This document shows, in pieces, positions 17,001 to 26,020 of a DNA stretch of 64,000 bases; position 1 is the first letter of the stretch; each line of letters starts with the position of its first letter. Origin of the DNA: a virus. Position numbers and translations under genes: made by a program. The DNA lies in the IMG/VR virus record IMGVR_UViG_3300045988_176633. One strand, given 5' to 3'. A model generated the notes under the pieces. That model did not search any database, was not told the DNA's origin, and saw only the letters and a program-made list of their open reading frames with translations.

Positions 17001-20000
17001 AAAGGATCAGTTCCATCTGTAACTGTAAAGACAGCTCTTTTGCCTCGTTTCAATGAAATAGCTACTGTCTTATTTGCATTAGCAATAGTATCGTCTCCTT
17101 CACCTGTTGAATAATCTGAGAAAGACGCTCCCCAATGAAACGAACCGTTTATCGCTTGAACCTGAGGTGTACGTCCTGCGTCATTTGTCGTTAATTCAAT
17201 CGACGATTGACCAGCAGGAAGAACAATAGCTTCACCACTTACAACAACTTTGGCTCCTGATAAGATCGTCCCTTGTTCTCCTGTAACTGTAAAATCTAAT
17301 AAATAAATCCTATCAATTTGAACATTGATCGTATCAATGCCTGTAACAGTTATTTGAGTTGTCGTACTGATGTAATTCTGTTTTGTGATAGAAACTTCAA
17401 AATCACCTTTTGGAAGTTGTAAAACTGCTTCACCACTTGCATTTGTTAAAACTGATTGACCCTTTGCCGATACAACAGCATCTTGAACTAAAGCAGGTGT
17501 TGGAGTTGTTTTATCTCTTACCACAAATGTGATCGGATAAGTAACTGGATCTAAAGAAACTTGTACACTTGTATCTGAATTACTTACCGTTACAGAACCT
17601 GTCTTTGTTTGAAATTCTGTTGCAGATATCTCATATTGATGTATACCATTTACCAAACCAATCACCGCAATACCACCAGCATTAGTCTCTACCGTTATTC
17701 CTTCAACTGTTATCGAAGCACCTTCAACTGGAACACCTTCACTCGTAACAGAAAAGATAACGTTCCAAGGTCTCAATACCATTGGTACATCTACAGATAC
17801 ATTGGAATTATTAACAACTAAAGTTCTATCAACATCTACATAACCAATTTTAGTCACTGTATAGTCATAAGAACCATTGATTAACGTCAACTTCACTAAA
17901 CCATCTTGACCTGTTGAATATTGTTGACCATTTATATTGATAACTGCTCCTTGAATAGGAGTGTTTCCGTCTTTGACAGAGAAAGTTATCGACCAGGGAT
18001 AATCAACCATTTTAGCGACAACGCTAACATCGTTATCTTTCACCAGAACAGATCCTGAAAAGTCATAATAACCCAATTTTTCAACCTTATAAGGATAGGT
18101 CCCATTTTGCAAACCAATTTGCACTTTACCACCTTCATCGGTTACAAGTACTTGATCTGAAATAGATACTAAAGCATCTTGAATGGGGTTGTTCTTAGAA
18201 TCGACAACAGTTATGAAAACATCGTAATGTCTGAAATCTAACTGATAGACGAAATCAGCGTCTGATGTATCAATGTTAAAATTAATCGTTAAATCGTCAT
18301 AAATTGGATTTGTGATTGTACCAGTATATTCACCATTTGTCAATCTAAAAACAACTAATCCATTGCTATTGGTACGAGCAACTAATCCATTGTTCAACGT
18401 TATTAACGCATCTGGAATCACTTTACCAGAAACAAGTTCAATGACCTTAATAGTAACATTATACTTGTAAAGATCCATTTCGATAGTTCTTGTTTCATCT
18501 TGATTTAAAACCACAATAAGAGCTTGTGTATCTACATATCCTGGTTTACTAAATTTAGCAAGATAACTTCCATTGATCAAACTAACTTGAACCTTACCAT
18601 CGTCATCTGTCACATAACTATCACTACCTATCTCAACTAAAACACCTGAAATAAAATTCTCAGAATTGAGACCTTTTACGAAAATTGTTTGTACCCATTT
18701 ATGATAATATAAAGTAACTGGTACATAAACATCTGAATTATCAACAACGACAGAACTTCCTTCATTAGAATCAAAACCTAATTTTTCAACTGTATAAGGA
18801 TAGGTCCCATTTTTCACCAACACTGTTGCTTCACCGTTGACATTAGTTGTTAAAGTTTGATTAGCAATAGAAATGGTTGCGTCTACAACTGGTACACCAA
18901 ATTGATCTTCAACCATGAAACTAACCTGAAATGGAGCTAATTCTAATACAATACCAATGTAAACCGGCGCATTCAATACAACAAATTGTCCTTGTTGTTG
19001 TTTATACTTTTCTTTACTAGCAGTATAAATGTAATTACCATTTACCAAAGAAATAGTCGCTAAACCATCTTCATCTATGATAACAGATCCACTACCAACA
19101 GAGATTCTCACACCCGACAACGGATTACCATCTTCATCTGTGATAGTAAAATAAACTGGTTGTCTAAGTGCTAATGCACTATCATTTAAACCTTGAAATA
19201 AATCCTCTTGTCCTGCAGGATAAAACATAGGAGAGAGTTCACTTCCAGCATCGTATAAAACAATACCTTCAAGATTTCTCATTACGAATCCTTTAATTCT
19301 AGGAAGTTGATTAGGTGGAACTTCTTGGTCGTAATATGGAAAGAAATATTCGTCAGGAACATATTTGACACCTTCAGCATTCTTCACGATACCAAGTAGA
19401 TCATCCCATTGAACGATCTTACCTGCTTCCCAGAATCGAAAGTCGAGATATTTTGTCAAAGCTACCTGAATATTTTTTCTTACTGTAGCTACATCGTAAG
19501 AAGGATCAATTTCTATTCGAAAATCCATCCCACGCTCACTACCAATAAAAAACCATTCAGCATTCTTTAATTGAATCCCAACAACGTTTCCTTCGAGGTT
19601 TAATTCAAAAAGTCCAAAATAACTTTTAGATTTCTCTAATAAAGTCTCTAATTCATCCTGTGTGAATAAAATTCCATTTTGACTTACTAGATAAAGATAA
19701 AAGATTCCATCTTCTCCCAACCCAACATTTAATACTTTCAAAATACGATCATCGATATTTTGGAATATTTGAGTATAATATTCCAACGTTCCTTTAGAAA
19801 GTGTGTTGAGGTTAGTCATGATCCTAATACGAAAAGTCTCATCATCTTCACTATCTCTACCACCTGTAGCCATGTATTCATTAGTGCATTCAATATGACC
19901 ACTAGGAGCAGGAGTGACGTTGATAATACTATTTGCATCGACATTTGTAACCAATCCTTGGTTAACACTTCTGACACTTACATATGCATAACCAGATCTA

Positions 20001-20377
20001 CCAACTGTAACAGATTCATTTACAGAGAAACGAATACCGTTTTGATTTACAAAGAAATTAGTTTCATTGTAAATAGTTCCCGGGTCTGCATAAACTCTCA
20101 CATAAGTAGATGAACCAAGAGCACCTTTTCTTGGACTAACCCCAAAAAGTGCCGCTGATTTATCGAGATATTCTCCTGTAGCTGTTTCTGGGAATATCTT
20201 TGCTTCTGTGATAGCAATATCTTTGATCGCTTTTTGTGCGACTTTTGCAGTACCAAAAGCCACAGCATTTAAGACTGAACCATCAGCTACATTCGTAACT
20301 TTATTGGTCTTGTCTAAAAACAGCTCGATCCAAAGATTTTTAAGCGTCGAAATTGTATTACTAACTTGCGTTATCAT
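14084..20377 (-). CDS. Baseplate-J-like protein fused to a long fibre (about 17 CarboxypepD_reg-like repeats) with a glycine-rich C-terminal tip
   Basis: 2,097 aa. The N-terminal 400 aa are Baseplate_J-like (TATGEYLDKSAALFGVSPRKGALGSSTYVRVYA...). About 17 beta-sandwich repeats of about 80 aa span roughly nt 15113-19165. The last 324 aa are Gly-rich with G5-G8 runs. Confidence 0.75.
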   Translation of the reverse strand: MITQVSNTISTLKNLWIELFLDKTNKVTNVADGSVLNAVAFGTAKVAQKAIKDIAITEAKIFPETATGEYLDKSAALFGVSPRKGALGSSTYVRVYADPGTIYNETNFFVNQNGIRFSVNESVTVGRSGYAYVSVRSVNQGLVTNVDANSIINVTPAPSGHIECTNEYMATGGRDSEDDETFRIRIMTNLNTLSKGTLEYYTQIFQNIDDRILKVLNVGLGEDGIFYLYLVSQNGILFTQDELETLLEKSKSYFGLFELNLEGNVVGIQLKNAEWFFIGSERGMDFRIEIDPSYDVATVRKNIQVALTKYLDFRFWEAGKIVQWDDLLGIVKNAEGVKYVPDEYFFPYYDQEVPPNQLPRIKGFVMRNLEGIVLYDAGSELSPMFYPAGQEDLFQGLNDSALALRQPVYFTITDEDGNPLSGVRISVGSGSVIIDEDGLATISLVNGNYIYTASKEKYKQQQGQFVVLNAPVYIGIVLELAPFQVSFMVEDQFGVPVVDATISIANQTLTTNVNGEATVLVKNGTYPYTVEKLGFDSNEGSSVVVDNSDVYVPVTLYYHKWVQTIFVKGLNSENFISGVLVEIGSDSYVTDDDGKVQVSLINGSYLAKFSKPGYVDTQALIVVLNQDETRTIEMDLYKYNVTIKVIELVSGKVIPDALITLNNGLVARTNSNGLVVFRLTNGEYTGTITNPIYDDLTINFNIDTSDADFVYQLDFRHYDVFITVVDSKNNPIQDALVSISDQVLVTDEGGKVQIGLQNGTYPYKVEKLGYYDFSGSVLVKDNDVSVVAKMVDYPWSITFSVKDGNTPIQGAVININGQQYSTGQDGLVKLTLINGSYDYTVTKIGYVDVDRTLVVNNSNVSVDVPMVLRPWNVIFSVTSEGVPVEGASITVEGITVETNAGGIAVIGLVNGIHQYEISATEFQTKTGSVTVSNSDTSVQVSLDPVTYPITFVVRDKTTPTPALVQDAVVSAKGQSVLTNASGEAVLQLPKGDFEVSITKQNYISTTTQITVTGIDTINVQIDRIYLLDFTVTGEQGTILSGAKVVVSGEAIVLPAGQSSIELTTNDAGRTPQVQAINGSFHWGASFSDYSTGEGDDTIANANKTVAISLKRGKRAVFTVTDGTDPLQGANILIDNVTNYQTGVDGQVNVSLSAGNHTYKVSLVSYQTITGTVNVKEDETSYVNLTMVHGGLLTLNVKNGVANLSGATVVIKNSSGTTVKSGTTDSNGNISVDVPNGNYTYTTDASGYKQQPGSTTVSSADKTVQVQMQNYKYWGVTFNVKYKTTNLNGASVSISNVKTIGGTSTANGTTNSSGQWILAASAKNDATLNGAVSWTASLSGYRSASGSFNIVNANQTINVTLEKYSTVTLTFVNYAGTALSGISVTMNNQTVTTNASGQAIFSNVIDGTYNWSSAAKSPYQAKSGSVTVNGTNVNQQITLTSQVTVTFIAKDDAGTALSGATVKVAGTSKGTTNSSGQLAVTMQSQSAAYACTVELSGYQTWSGNVTVGLSNQTVNASLQYLVTFTATVKENTTSGANVGSATVKLVNSSLGTFTGTTDSSGVATIPNVKPGSYTYTISKSGYKDTTGSVTVSRSSHSQSATYALLRYYTFVVNVKRAGVNRNGVTVKLDGTSKGTTNSSGNITMSNVLYGSHTIAIDAGTYWKAFSQSYTISSTSTINIALTALYTAQFTISDANGPISGAKITLTGIATGTLTTNSSGAASKAGIAAGTLSYSVSAAGYVTKTGTVTMSGSNDSINTSITLQKAAKLVQITTPLGAEINQQIEPGYTNVDFLIAAGGGGGGGGNNIAAGGGGGGGGIVYIKDHTTSISNLKLVVGNAGAGGAGGSTTTQGYTGNDGYESIVTIEDVVHQAYSGRWGYGASQLNNESRGDGGDGGSVNPSNNNKGCGGGGGGGGSYQESSTPDWGGGGGGGARNNRVNAGSIQGAIGGKGLAHTTGGGKGGVSEGGNLNRGNGTGGDGGSGYTNRSTIDGGNYGTGGSGFGTSTYTVIPDILLPSKGDGGTGGSGTSGSNSSGGGGGGGSFGKGGNGGNGSSTTSDGGNGGLGEYGAGGGGGGRVYNSSYKGGNGGNGGQGIIELYYK
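14929..15002 (-). repeat. 35-bp perfect direct repeat x2 with 39-nt (13-codon) period inside the expressed tip
   Basis: 14929-14963 equals 14968-15002. Encodes IAAGGGGGGGGNN / IAAGGGGGGGGIV. Confidence 0.85.
15059..15112 (-). repeat. Right arm of perfect 54-bp inverted repeat, in frame inside the fibre gene
   Basis: Reverse complement of 13165-13218. Position 15112 is the first base of codon 1756. Confidence 0.9.
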
Positions 20378-21170
20378 ATATTAAAAATGATTTAATCCCT
20401 TCAATTCGCTCAAGCCAATTTTCGGGAAGTTTATCTCGTTTTTCTAAATTATCTTTGGCCCATAAAGGTTGTAAATTTCTGAAATTGAAACAAATACGTT
20501 GTTGATTAGGATCTGAAAGATCAAAAGAGGCACAAGGAACAATATGATCAACGTGCCATTCACCGTAATTATCCCAACTCATTCCTTCAACAAACTGATT
20601 CTCAAGGTGTTTCTTGAGATCCTCAAGAGAGCAACCGATATATTTAATTGTGTGGTGTAATTTACGATTTTCTTTTAAAACTCTATACAATCTATTTCGT
20701 AAATTTAACTTCAAAATAAAATTAATATCTCGTTCTCTTCTTTTTTCTTTTGAATATTGCAAAACATATTTACTGATTTTCTCTTTATTCTTTCGCTGAT
20801 ATTCTTTGTGATATTCTTTTAAATACTCTTGATTTTTTAAATTCCAATTCTTTATTCGAATAAACTGAGCCTCTCTGTTGTTTTTATAATATTCTTTGTG
20901 TTGTTTTCTTAATCTTTCTTTATTGTTTAAATAATAAAGATGCGACCTTTCTCTCTGTTTATCTTTATTATTTAAACGTCTCTCCTGTGATTTGACTATA
21001 ATTTTAACTCTATTCTTCTGATAATAAGAATCACTACTTTCTTTATAACAATCCTTACAACGAAGACTCAAACCATCAGATTTACACTTACATTTATAAA
21101 AGTTATCGAGAGGGAGTTCTCGTTTACAACGAGAACAAACTTTTAGACCGGTTTCAAAATTCGCTTTCAT
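20361..21170 (-). CDS. Free-standing HNH homing-type endonuclease (paralogue of 32918..33688)
   Basis: N-terminal CxxC..CxxC zinc ribbon, basic Y/N/K-rich repeats, and HNH core WHVDHIVPCASF...NLQPLWAKDNLEKRDK. Overlaps the fibre gene start by 17 nt. Confidence 0.8.
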   Translation of the reverse strand: MKANFETGLKVCSRCKRELPLDNFYKCKCKSDGLSLRCKDCYKESSDSYYQKNRVKIIVKSQERRLNNKDKQRERSHLYYLNNKERLRKQHKEYYKNNREAQFIRIKNWNLKNQEYLKEYHKEYQRKNKEKISKYVLQYSKEKRRERDINFILKLNLRNRLYRVLKENRKLHHTIKYIGCSLEDLKKHLENQFVEGMSWDNYGEWHVDHIVPCASFDLSDPNQQRICFNFRNLQPLWAKDNLEKRDKLPENWLERIEGIKSFLIYDNAS

Positions 21171-21173
21171 AAA

Positions 21174-22082
21174 TTAAATAGGAATGTTGATAATATAACT
21201 ATTTGCACTAATAGTCGTTGCTCTTATAGATAAAAAGACCGAATCTTGATCTCTCTTTAAATCCAAGAGCTCAACTGTTTTCCATCTACTATCTCTTTGA
21301 AACATATTCATAAGTCCCTTGAAAATAGTAGCATATTGAATGGCGTTCACCGTTGTTCCAATAAATTCATTGGTTATTCCATAATCTTCAAATTCTGGGT
21401 AAGAACCTTTTAAAGAACTTTGAATCAATTCTAAGGCTTGTACCATTGCTTGATCATATTCAATCACCTTTAAATCATCGTTTTCAAAGGTAAATGATTT
21501 ATCTAAATCAACACCAAGAATACTTTTCCCATTTAATACATCAACAACATTATCAACGTAATTTAACCCCACATTCTGAAGATTAACTGAAAATATAGGA
21601 GAAGAAGAATTTGTATACAATTCTTCTGTGATGTATTGAGGTACTGTTATATTTACCCAATCGTCTTGAGGAGTTATTGCATCGAGATTTGCTGATACAT
21701 CTTCAAAAGTTTCATCAGATTGAAGTATCTTTTCAACTTTGATCGTGTTAGTTCGAACATAATCAAACACACTTCTCATCCATTTAGCTGAACTCCTTAT
21801 CGTCAAAATCTTTGTTTGAATCTCTGTGAAAGTGTCTAATAATTCCCAGGCATCGAGATCATTTAAAGAATTTTTGTGCAAAGTAAAAAGAGGTTCTATT
21901 TTATTAACCTCTTTAGTTAAACGATCTAAAGCATAGAACGATTCTTGTCTTATACTACCACCTTGATAGTAATCGACAATATAAGGATATTCTGTTGATA
22001 CAAAATCAACAAAACTCTGAAAAAATGATTTTATATCATATCCAGTTATATTCTCAAATTTTTCATACATCGTCTCATTCAT
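21174..22082 (-). CDS. Putative baseplate wedge component (302 aa)
   Basis: Position between spike/hub genes and the J-like gene. No motif recognised. Confidence 0.4.
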   Translation of the reverse strand: MNETMYEKFENITGYDIKSFFQSFVDFVSTEYPYIVDYYQGGSIRQESFYALDRLTKEVNKIEPLFTLHKNSLNDLDAWELLDTFTEIQTKILTIRSSAKWMRSVFDYVRTNTIKVEKILQSDETFEDVSANLDAITPQDDWVNITVPQYITEELYTNSSSPIFSVNLQNVGLNYVDNVVDVLNGKSILGVDLDKSFTFENDDLKVIEYDQAMVQALELIQSSLKGSYPEFEDYGITNEFIGTTVNAIQYATIFKGLMNMFQRDSRWKTVELLDLKRDQDSVFLSIRATTISANSYIINIPI

Positions 22083-22840
22083 AATATTCCTGCAACATAT
22101 GAAGCTAAATCATTTACACTTTTCTGAATGGTAGAACTAGCTAATTTTTTAACCATCGAACTTGACCCTGGTGAATTCTTTACAGCTTCTAAAGGAGCTA
22201 TCACAGTCATATTGATATTATATTCCCAGATCATATTCTTTTGAATATTCATCGAAAACTCAGCCCCAGATGGAGGTATTGTCACTAAATAATTCTCACC
22301 AAAAGCCATATTGTAGAAATACAATCGAAATGGTTTCCCATCATTGTCTACTCCATTACTCTTTGAAATGATAGCTTTCAATATCCTACTAGCACCGAAT
22401 CCAGTTTTTACTGAAATATCAAAGTCTGGAGTCTTTAGATTAGAAGATTTTTTCGATCCTATTTGATACAGATCGTACATACCATTCCTTATGCTAAATG
22501 CTACTCCAGATACAGATTCGTTTTCAGATAATAAGATCTTAAAATTTTTCCCAAAATTTCCCCTGATGTTAATTTCACTTGGAGAATAAATAGGAGAAGT
22601 TAATGTCGTGATTCCACCTGCAGTATTCCTAACAGTACTTCGTTTTAATTCAGATTTTCTAATGCTGTCTGGCATTATAGGAAAAGTGAAGAAATCAATT
22701 GTCCTTCCTTGAGAATCTGTTAACTCTAAAGAACATAAATATATCTCAAAATCGTTAGGATATAATGTTGCCAAAGCCGCTCTTCCAAGCGTCCCTACCA
22801 TCTCAATCGCTTTCTTCTGAATAGTACTTACACTGCTCAT
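22079..22840 (-). CDS. Putative baseplate component (253 aa)
   Basis: Synteny only. ATGA overlap with the downstream gene. Confidence 0.4.
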   Translation of the reverse strand: MSSVSTIQKKAIEMVGTLGRAALATLYPNDFEIYLCSLELTDSQGRTIDFFTFPIMPDSIRKSELKRSTVRNTAGGITTLTSPIYSPSEINIRGNFGKNFKILLSENESVSGVAFSIRNGMYDLYQIGSKKSSNLKTPDFDISVKTGFGASRILKAIISKSNGVDNDGKPFRLYFYNMAFGENYLVTIPPSGAEFSMNIQKNMIWEYNINMTVIAPLEAVKNSPGSSSMVKKLASSTIQKSVNDLASYVAGIL

Positions 22841-22877
22841 AAGTTATATATTTGAATGTAAATATAAGATTTATTCT

Positions 22878-23861
22878 TCAATCTAAAAAACCTATTTGAC
22901 TTTTTATTGGATTGAAGTCAATTTTCACGATTCCAGATAACGAACCATATGCAGTCGTCATCGCTGTCCTACCGCCATCCATATTAACTGCTGCTGCAGC
23001 ACCTGTAGCAAATGCTTGGACTATTTGACTGATTTGAGTTTGAAGTTGATCTATACGAAGAATCAAATCTTCTGCTTTTACCATAGATTGACCTCCATTA
23101 TTTATATTAACTTTTTTATCGGTCTTTAACAAGATGTTTTCAAGATCAATCTTGATTTCTTTATTACCACCCTCAGTCTTAATATCTACACCATTTTGAT
23201 CAAGAACAATAGTCGTATCTTCTTTCGTACTTTGACATTTCCTCGTTAATAGAGCCTTTTCTTTGTCAAAATAAATCTGATAAACATCGTTTTTATTTTC
23301 AACGTCTTTTATTTGTACACTCGCTTCTTTGTAACTTGTAGCATTAATAGACTTATCCGCACTTACATTAACCGATCCTGAAGAAACTATATTTAATTCA
23401 TTTTCTTCCGAACCAACACATTTCAGAAAAACTTTACCAGCTTTTGAACTAGTCAGATTAATTACCAAAGAATTGTCTTTAGGATTGGCTTGTATCAAGA
23501 CTTCAGAATCTCCCATAACCTTTCTCACTTGATACATATTTTCTTTCAACATAGAAGAACTGTTGTCACCTTGTAATACACCAACAACAATTGGTTTATT
23601 GTTAAAAGTGCAAGAAATAAAACAAACACAACTACCTTTTTCTTCTATGTTGCTTGGAAAACTAATTCTCTGCAAAGCATCACTCGTTATATAACAATCG
23701 TTAAAAACACCACCTAAATCAGTTATCACTGTCACTCTTTCCCTACGAAAACAAGTATCGATATAATTATCACGATCAACACCAGAAGGTATAGCTATAT
23801 AACCATATCCCACTGAATATGGGGAATCACTTTGTCTTTCTCTACTTACACCGTCAATCAT
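22878..23861 (-). CDS. Putative baseplate central spike protein (327 aa)
   Basis: Synteny, two genes after the tape measure. The C-terminal half has short alternating beta-strand-like repeats (NLTSSKAGKVFLKCVG.., NIVSSGSVNVSADKSINAT..). Confidence 0.35.
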   Translation of the reverse strand: MIDGVSRERQSDSPYSVGYGYIAIPSGVDRDNYIDTCFRRERVTVITDLGGVFNDCYITSDALQRISFPSNIEEKGSCVCFISCTFNNKPIVVGVLQGDNSSSMLKENMYQVRKVMGDSEVLIQANPKDNSLVINLTSSKAGKVFLKCVGSEENELNIVSSGSVNVSADKSINATSYKEASVQIKDVENKNDVYQIYFDKEKALLTRKCQSTKEDTTIVLDQNGVDIKTEGGNKEIKIDLENILLKTDKKVNINNGGQSMVKAEDLILRIDQLQTQISQIVQAFATGAAAAVNMDGGRTAMTTAYGSLSGIVKIDFNPIKSQIGFLD

Positions 23862-26020
23862 TTGTACATTTTTCTTTTTAAGAAATACTCAAACTGTTCT
23901 TTATTAAGAGGAGCAACTCCCAATCCAGAAGTTTTTGTTTGTCCACTTTTAGCTGCATTTTGAGCAGTTAAAATATCCTCTTTGATTCTTTTTATATCAA
24001 CAATCTTAAAATAAGAAGCCTTTTGAGAACCTGCGTTTAAATTTATTTCTTCATCTTCTCCTACTACACCACTTAGAATAGGGAAGAACATTCCTCGTTC
24101 AACTTCAAGAATCGTTTCTCGAGAAATAGAATTTTCTGAGAACGATAAAGAATTTGAAACACCCGTGACATAAAACAATTCATTCGTATAATTATTTTTG
24201 ACAAATGAACCTACCTTGATCCTCCTATCTCCATTAATTGTTATAGTACCTCTTCGTGTAAACGGCAAATACGCAGTCGTTTCTATAACAAATAAAAGAT
24301 CGTTCAACATTGTCGCTGCCATACTGTTCAAGTTTGAAGAACCACTAGCACCGTCAAGTGCATTTGCAGCGATATAAATATCTTGTATTTCTAACTTTTT
24401 ATTACCAAAATATTTAGTTATCTCATTTAAATAAATAATTGGTACAAAAGCTAAAGAAGTTGTATTATCTTTTCCTGTAATTTGGTCTTGTGGGAAAAGT
24501 CTATAAGATGAATAAACTCGATCATCATAACTCAATGAACTTGATATGAAATTACTTGAATCTATTTCAATATAAGTTTCACTAACAATAACGTCTTTAA
24601 TAGCGCTTTCGGTAAAAGGTGGTTGTCTAACTACTATATCCAATGTATCAACATAGGTATCAAACAAAACCTCTACAAATGGATCTTGACAAGTCTTAAA
24701 AATAAAATCCATTAATGATCCGTCAGGATTAGCAAATGAAGGATCTACGAGGGTTCTTTTTTCAAGATTATCGTCACAAAAAACTTTGACAATTTGCCAA
24801 ATACCATTGACTTTTTGAGTTTGTTTGTAACTTTGATCACCTGTTTCTATTTCATAAGAAGTAGTGCGTCTTTCTTTATAAGCTGAAAAAAGATCGTTTG
24901 ATACAATACCAATATTAGATAAAAGGTTGATAACAAACCAAAGAGTTTCTCTTATTCCTCGAAAGCCATAATTAAAGAAGAAATCATAGGTACCAGTTAC
25001 GATATTTCTCTTGTACCACTCATCCGATTGATCGCCTACATAAAACCATAAGTCTTTATTTCCTTCTACCCATTTTAATGGAATGAAATAACTACCATCT
25101 TCTACAAATAACTTAGTAAAATCCCGACCCATTACAGTGACAAGATAATCGTCGTAAGATGTATCAATACTGGTTTGAACTATATCAATTAAACCAATCA
25201 TATCCCACACATTATAATTCTTATCACTGTTTACAAGGTTTGAAGGTGATATTTCTAGACTATCTTCTTCACCTTTTAAACTAGCGCTAGCTTCAAGTGC
25301 TAGTTTCTCAAAACGAAGAAAAACTATATCATTTTGAGTTAAATATTTTTCTACAAAATCCTTGACTTGCTTTTTCTTATTATCCGTAATATTGTAAATC
25401 TCATAATAACCACTTGAATTCACTCCAAACGCAGAATCTTGACTTCTAGTAGGTACCATATTAATGGTAAAATTGCCAGAAGAACTATTCTTGACAGTAT
25501 TTAAAGAATTGATAAATGGACTGAAATCAATTATCTTATCAAGTGCTTTTACATATATCCAAACCTTTAAAGTTTGTGGTATTACTTTTGAATCTACAAT
25601 CGAATCAGGATCAGTTTCACTATCAGAAGGTTTATAATTTATACTACCAATCAACTTGGAGTAATTTTCACTCCAATAAGATTTAAAATCACCTTGTGAC
25701 ATAAACTGTCCTTGTTTAGAAACTCTTTGAAGTTCTAAAACAATCTTTGGAATAGGAAGGAGAACTGTCGTTCCTGCTTTTATATATGGTAAATTTCCGC
25801 TGTTGTAGTTGTTCTGATATTCCTGTTTTTCTTCGGCATTGTATTGTGCCCAAATTCTTTCAAGATTAGAACCTTGATATTTAGGATCTTTAAACTCAAA
25901 AAACTCAGTGGGAGTGAGTGGTTGATTCTCTCTTGAAAGTCCTTTTTTCCACTCTTCCAAAAAAGAATCAACTGATTTATCGTTCTCACCAACACTTACT
26001 TCAAATGCCTTATTTATCAT
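23858..26020 (-). CDS. Putative baseplate hub / distal tail protein (720 aa)
   Basis: Immediately downstream of, and overlapping, the tape measure gene. No motif recognised. Confidence 0.4.
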   Translation of the reverse strand: MINKAFEVSVGENDKSVDSFLEEWKKGLSRENQPLTPTEFFEFKDPKYQGSNLERIWAQYNAEEKQEYQNNYNSGNLPYIKAGTTVLLPIPKIVLELQRVSKQGQFMSQGDFKSYWSENYSKLIGSINYKPSDSETDPDSIVDSKVIPQTLKVWIYVKALDKIIDFSPFINSLNTVKNSSSGNFTINMVPTRSQDSAFGVNSSGYYEIYNITDNKKKQVKDFVEKYLTQNDIVFLRFEKLALEASASLKGEEDSLEISPSNLVNSDKNYNVWDMIGLIDIVQTSIDTSYDDYLVTVMGRDFTKLFVEDGSYFIPLKWVEGNKDLWFYVGDQSDEWYKRNIVTGTYDFFFNYGFRGIRETLWFVINLLSNIGIVSNDLFSAYKERRTTSYEIETGDQSYKQTQKVNGIWQIVKVFCDDNLEKRTLVDPSFANPDGSLMDFIFKTCQDPFVEVLFDTYVDTLDIVVRQPPFTESAIKDVIVSETYIEIDSSNFISSSLSYDDRVYSSYRLFPQDQITGKDNTTSLAFVPIIYLNEITKYFGNKKLEIQDIYIAANALDGASGSSNLNSMAATMLNDLLFVIETTAYLPFTRRGTITINGDRRIKVGSFVKNNYTNELFYVTGVSNSLSFSENSISRETILEVERGMFFPILSGVVGEDEEINLNAGSQKASYFKIVDIKRIKEDILTAQNAAKSGQTKTSGLGVAPLNKEQFEYFLKRKMYK

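Noticed and set aside
20361-21170. Candidate recombinase for the invertible segment among nearby ORFs (HNH genes, the 364-aa HTH-like protein at 50902..51996)
   Set aside because: The HNH proteins have nuclease motifs, not recombinase motifs. No ORF shows an N-terminal serine-recombinase YxRVSTxxQ-type motif or a tyrosine-recombinase R..HxxR..Y tetrad that I can recognise by eye. The recombinase remains unidentified.
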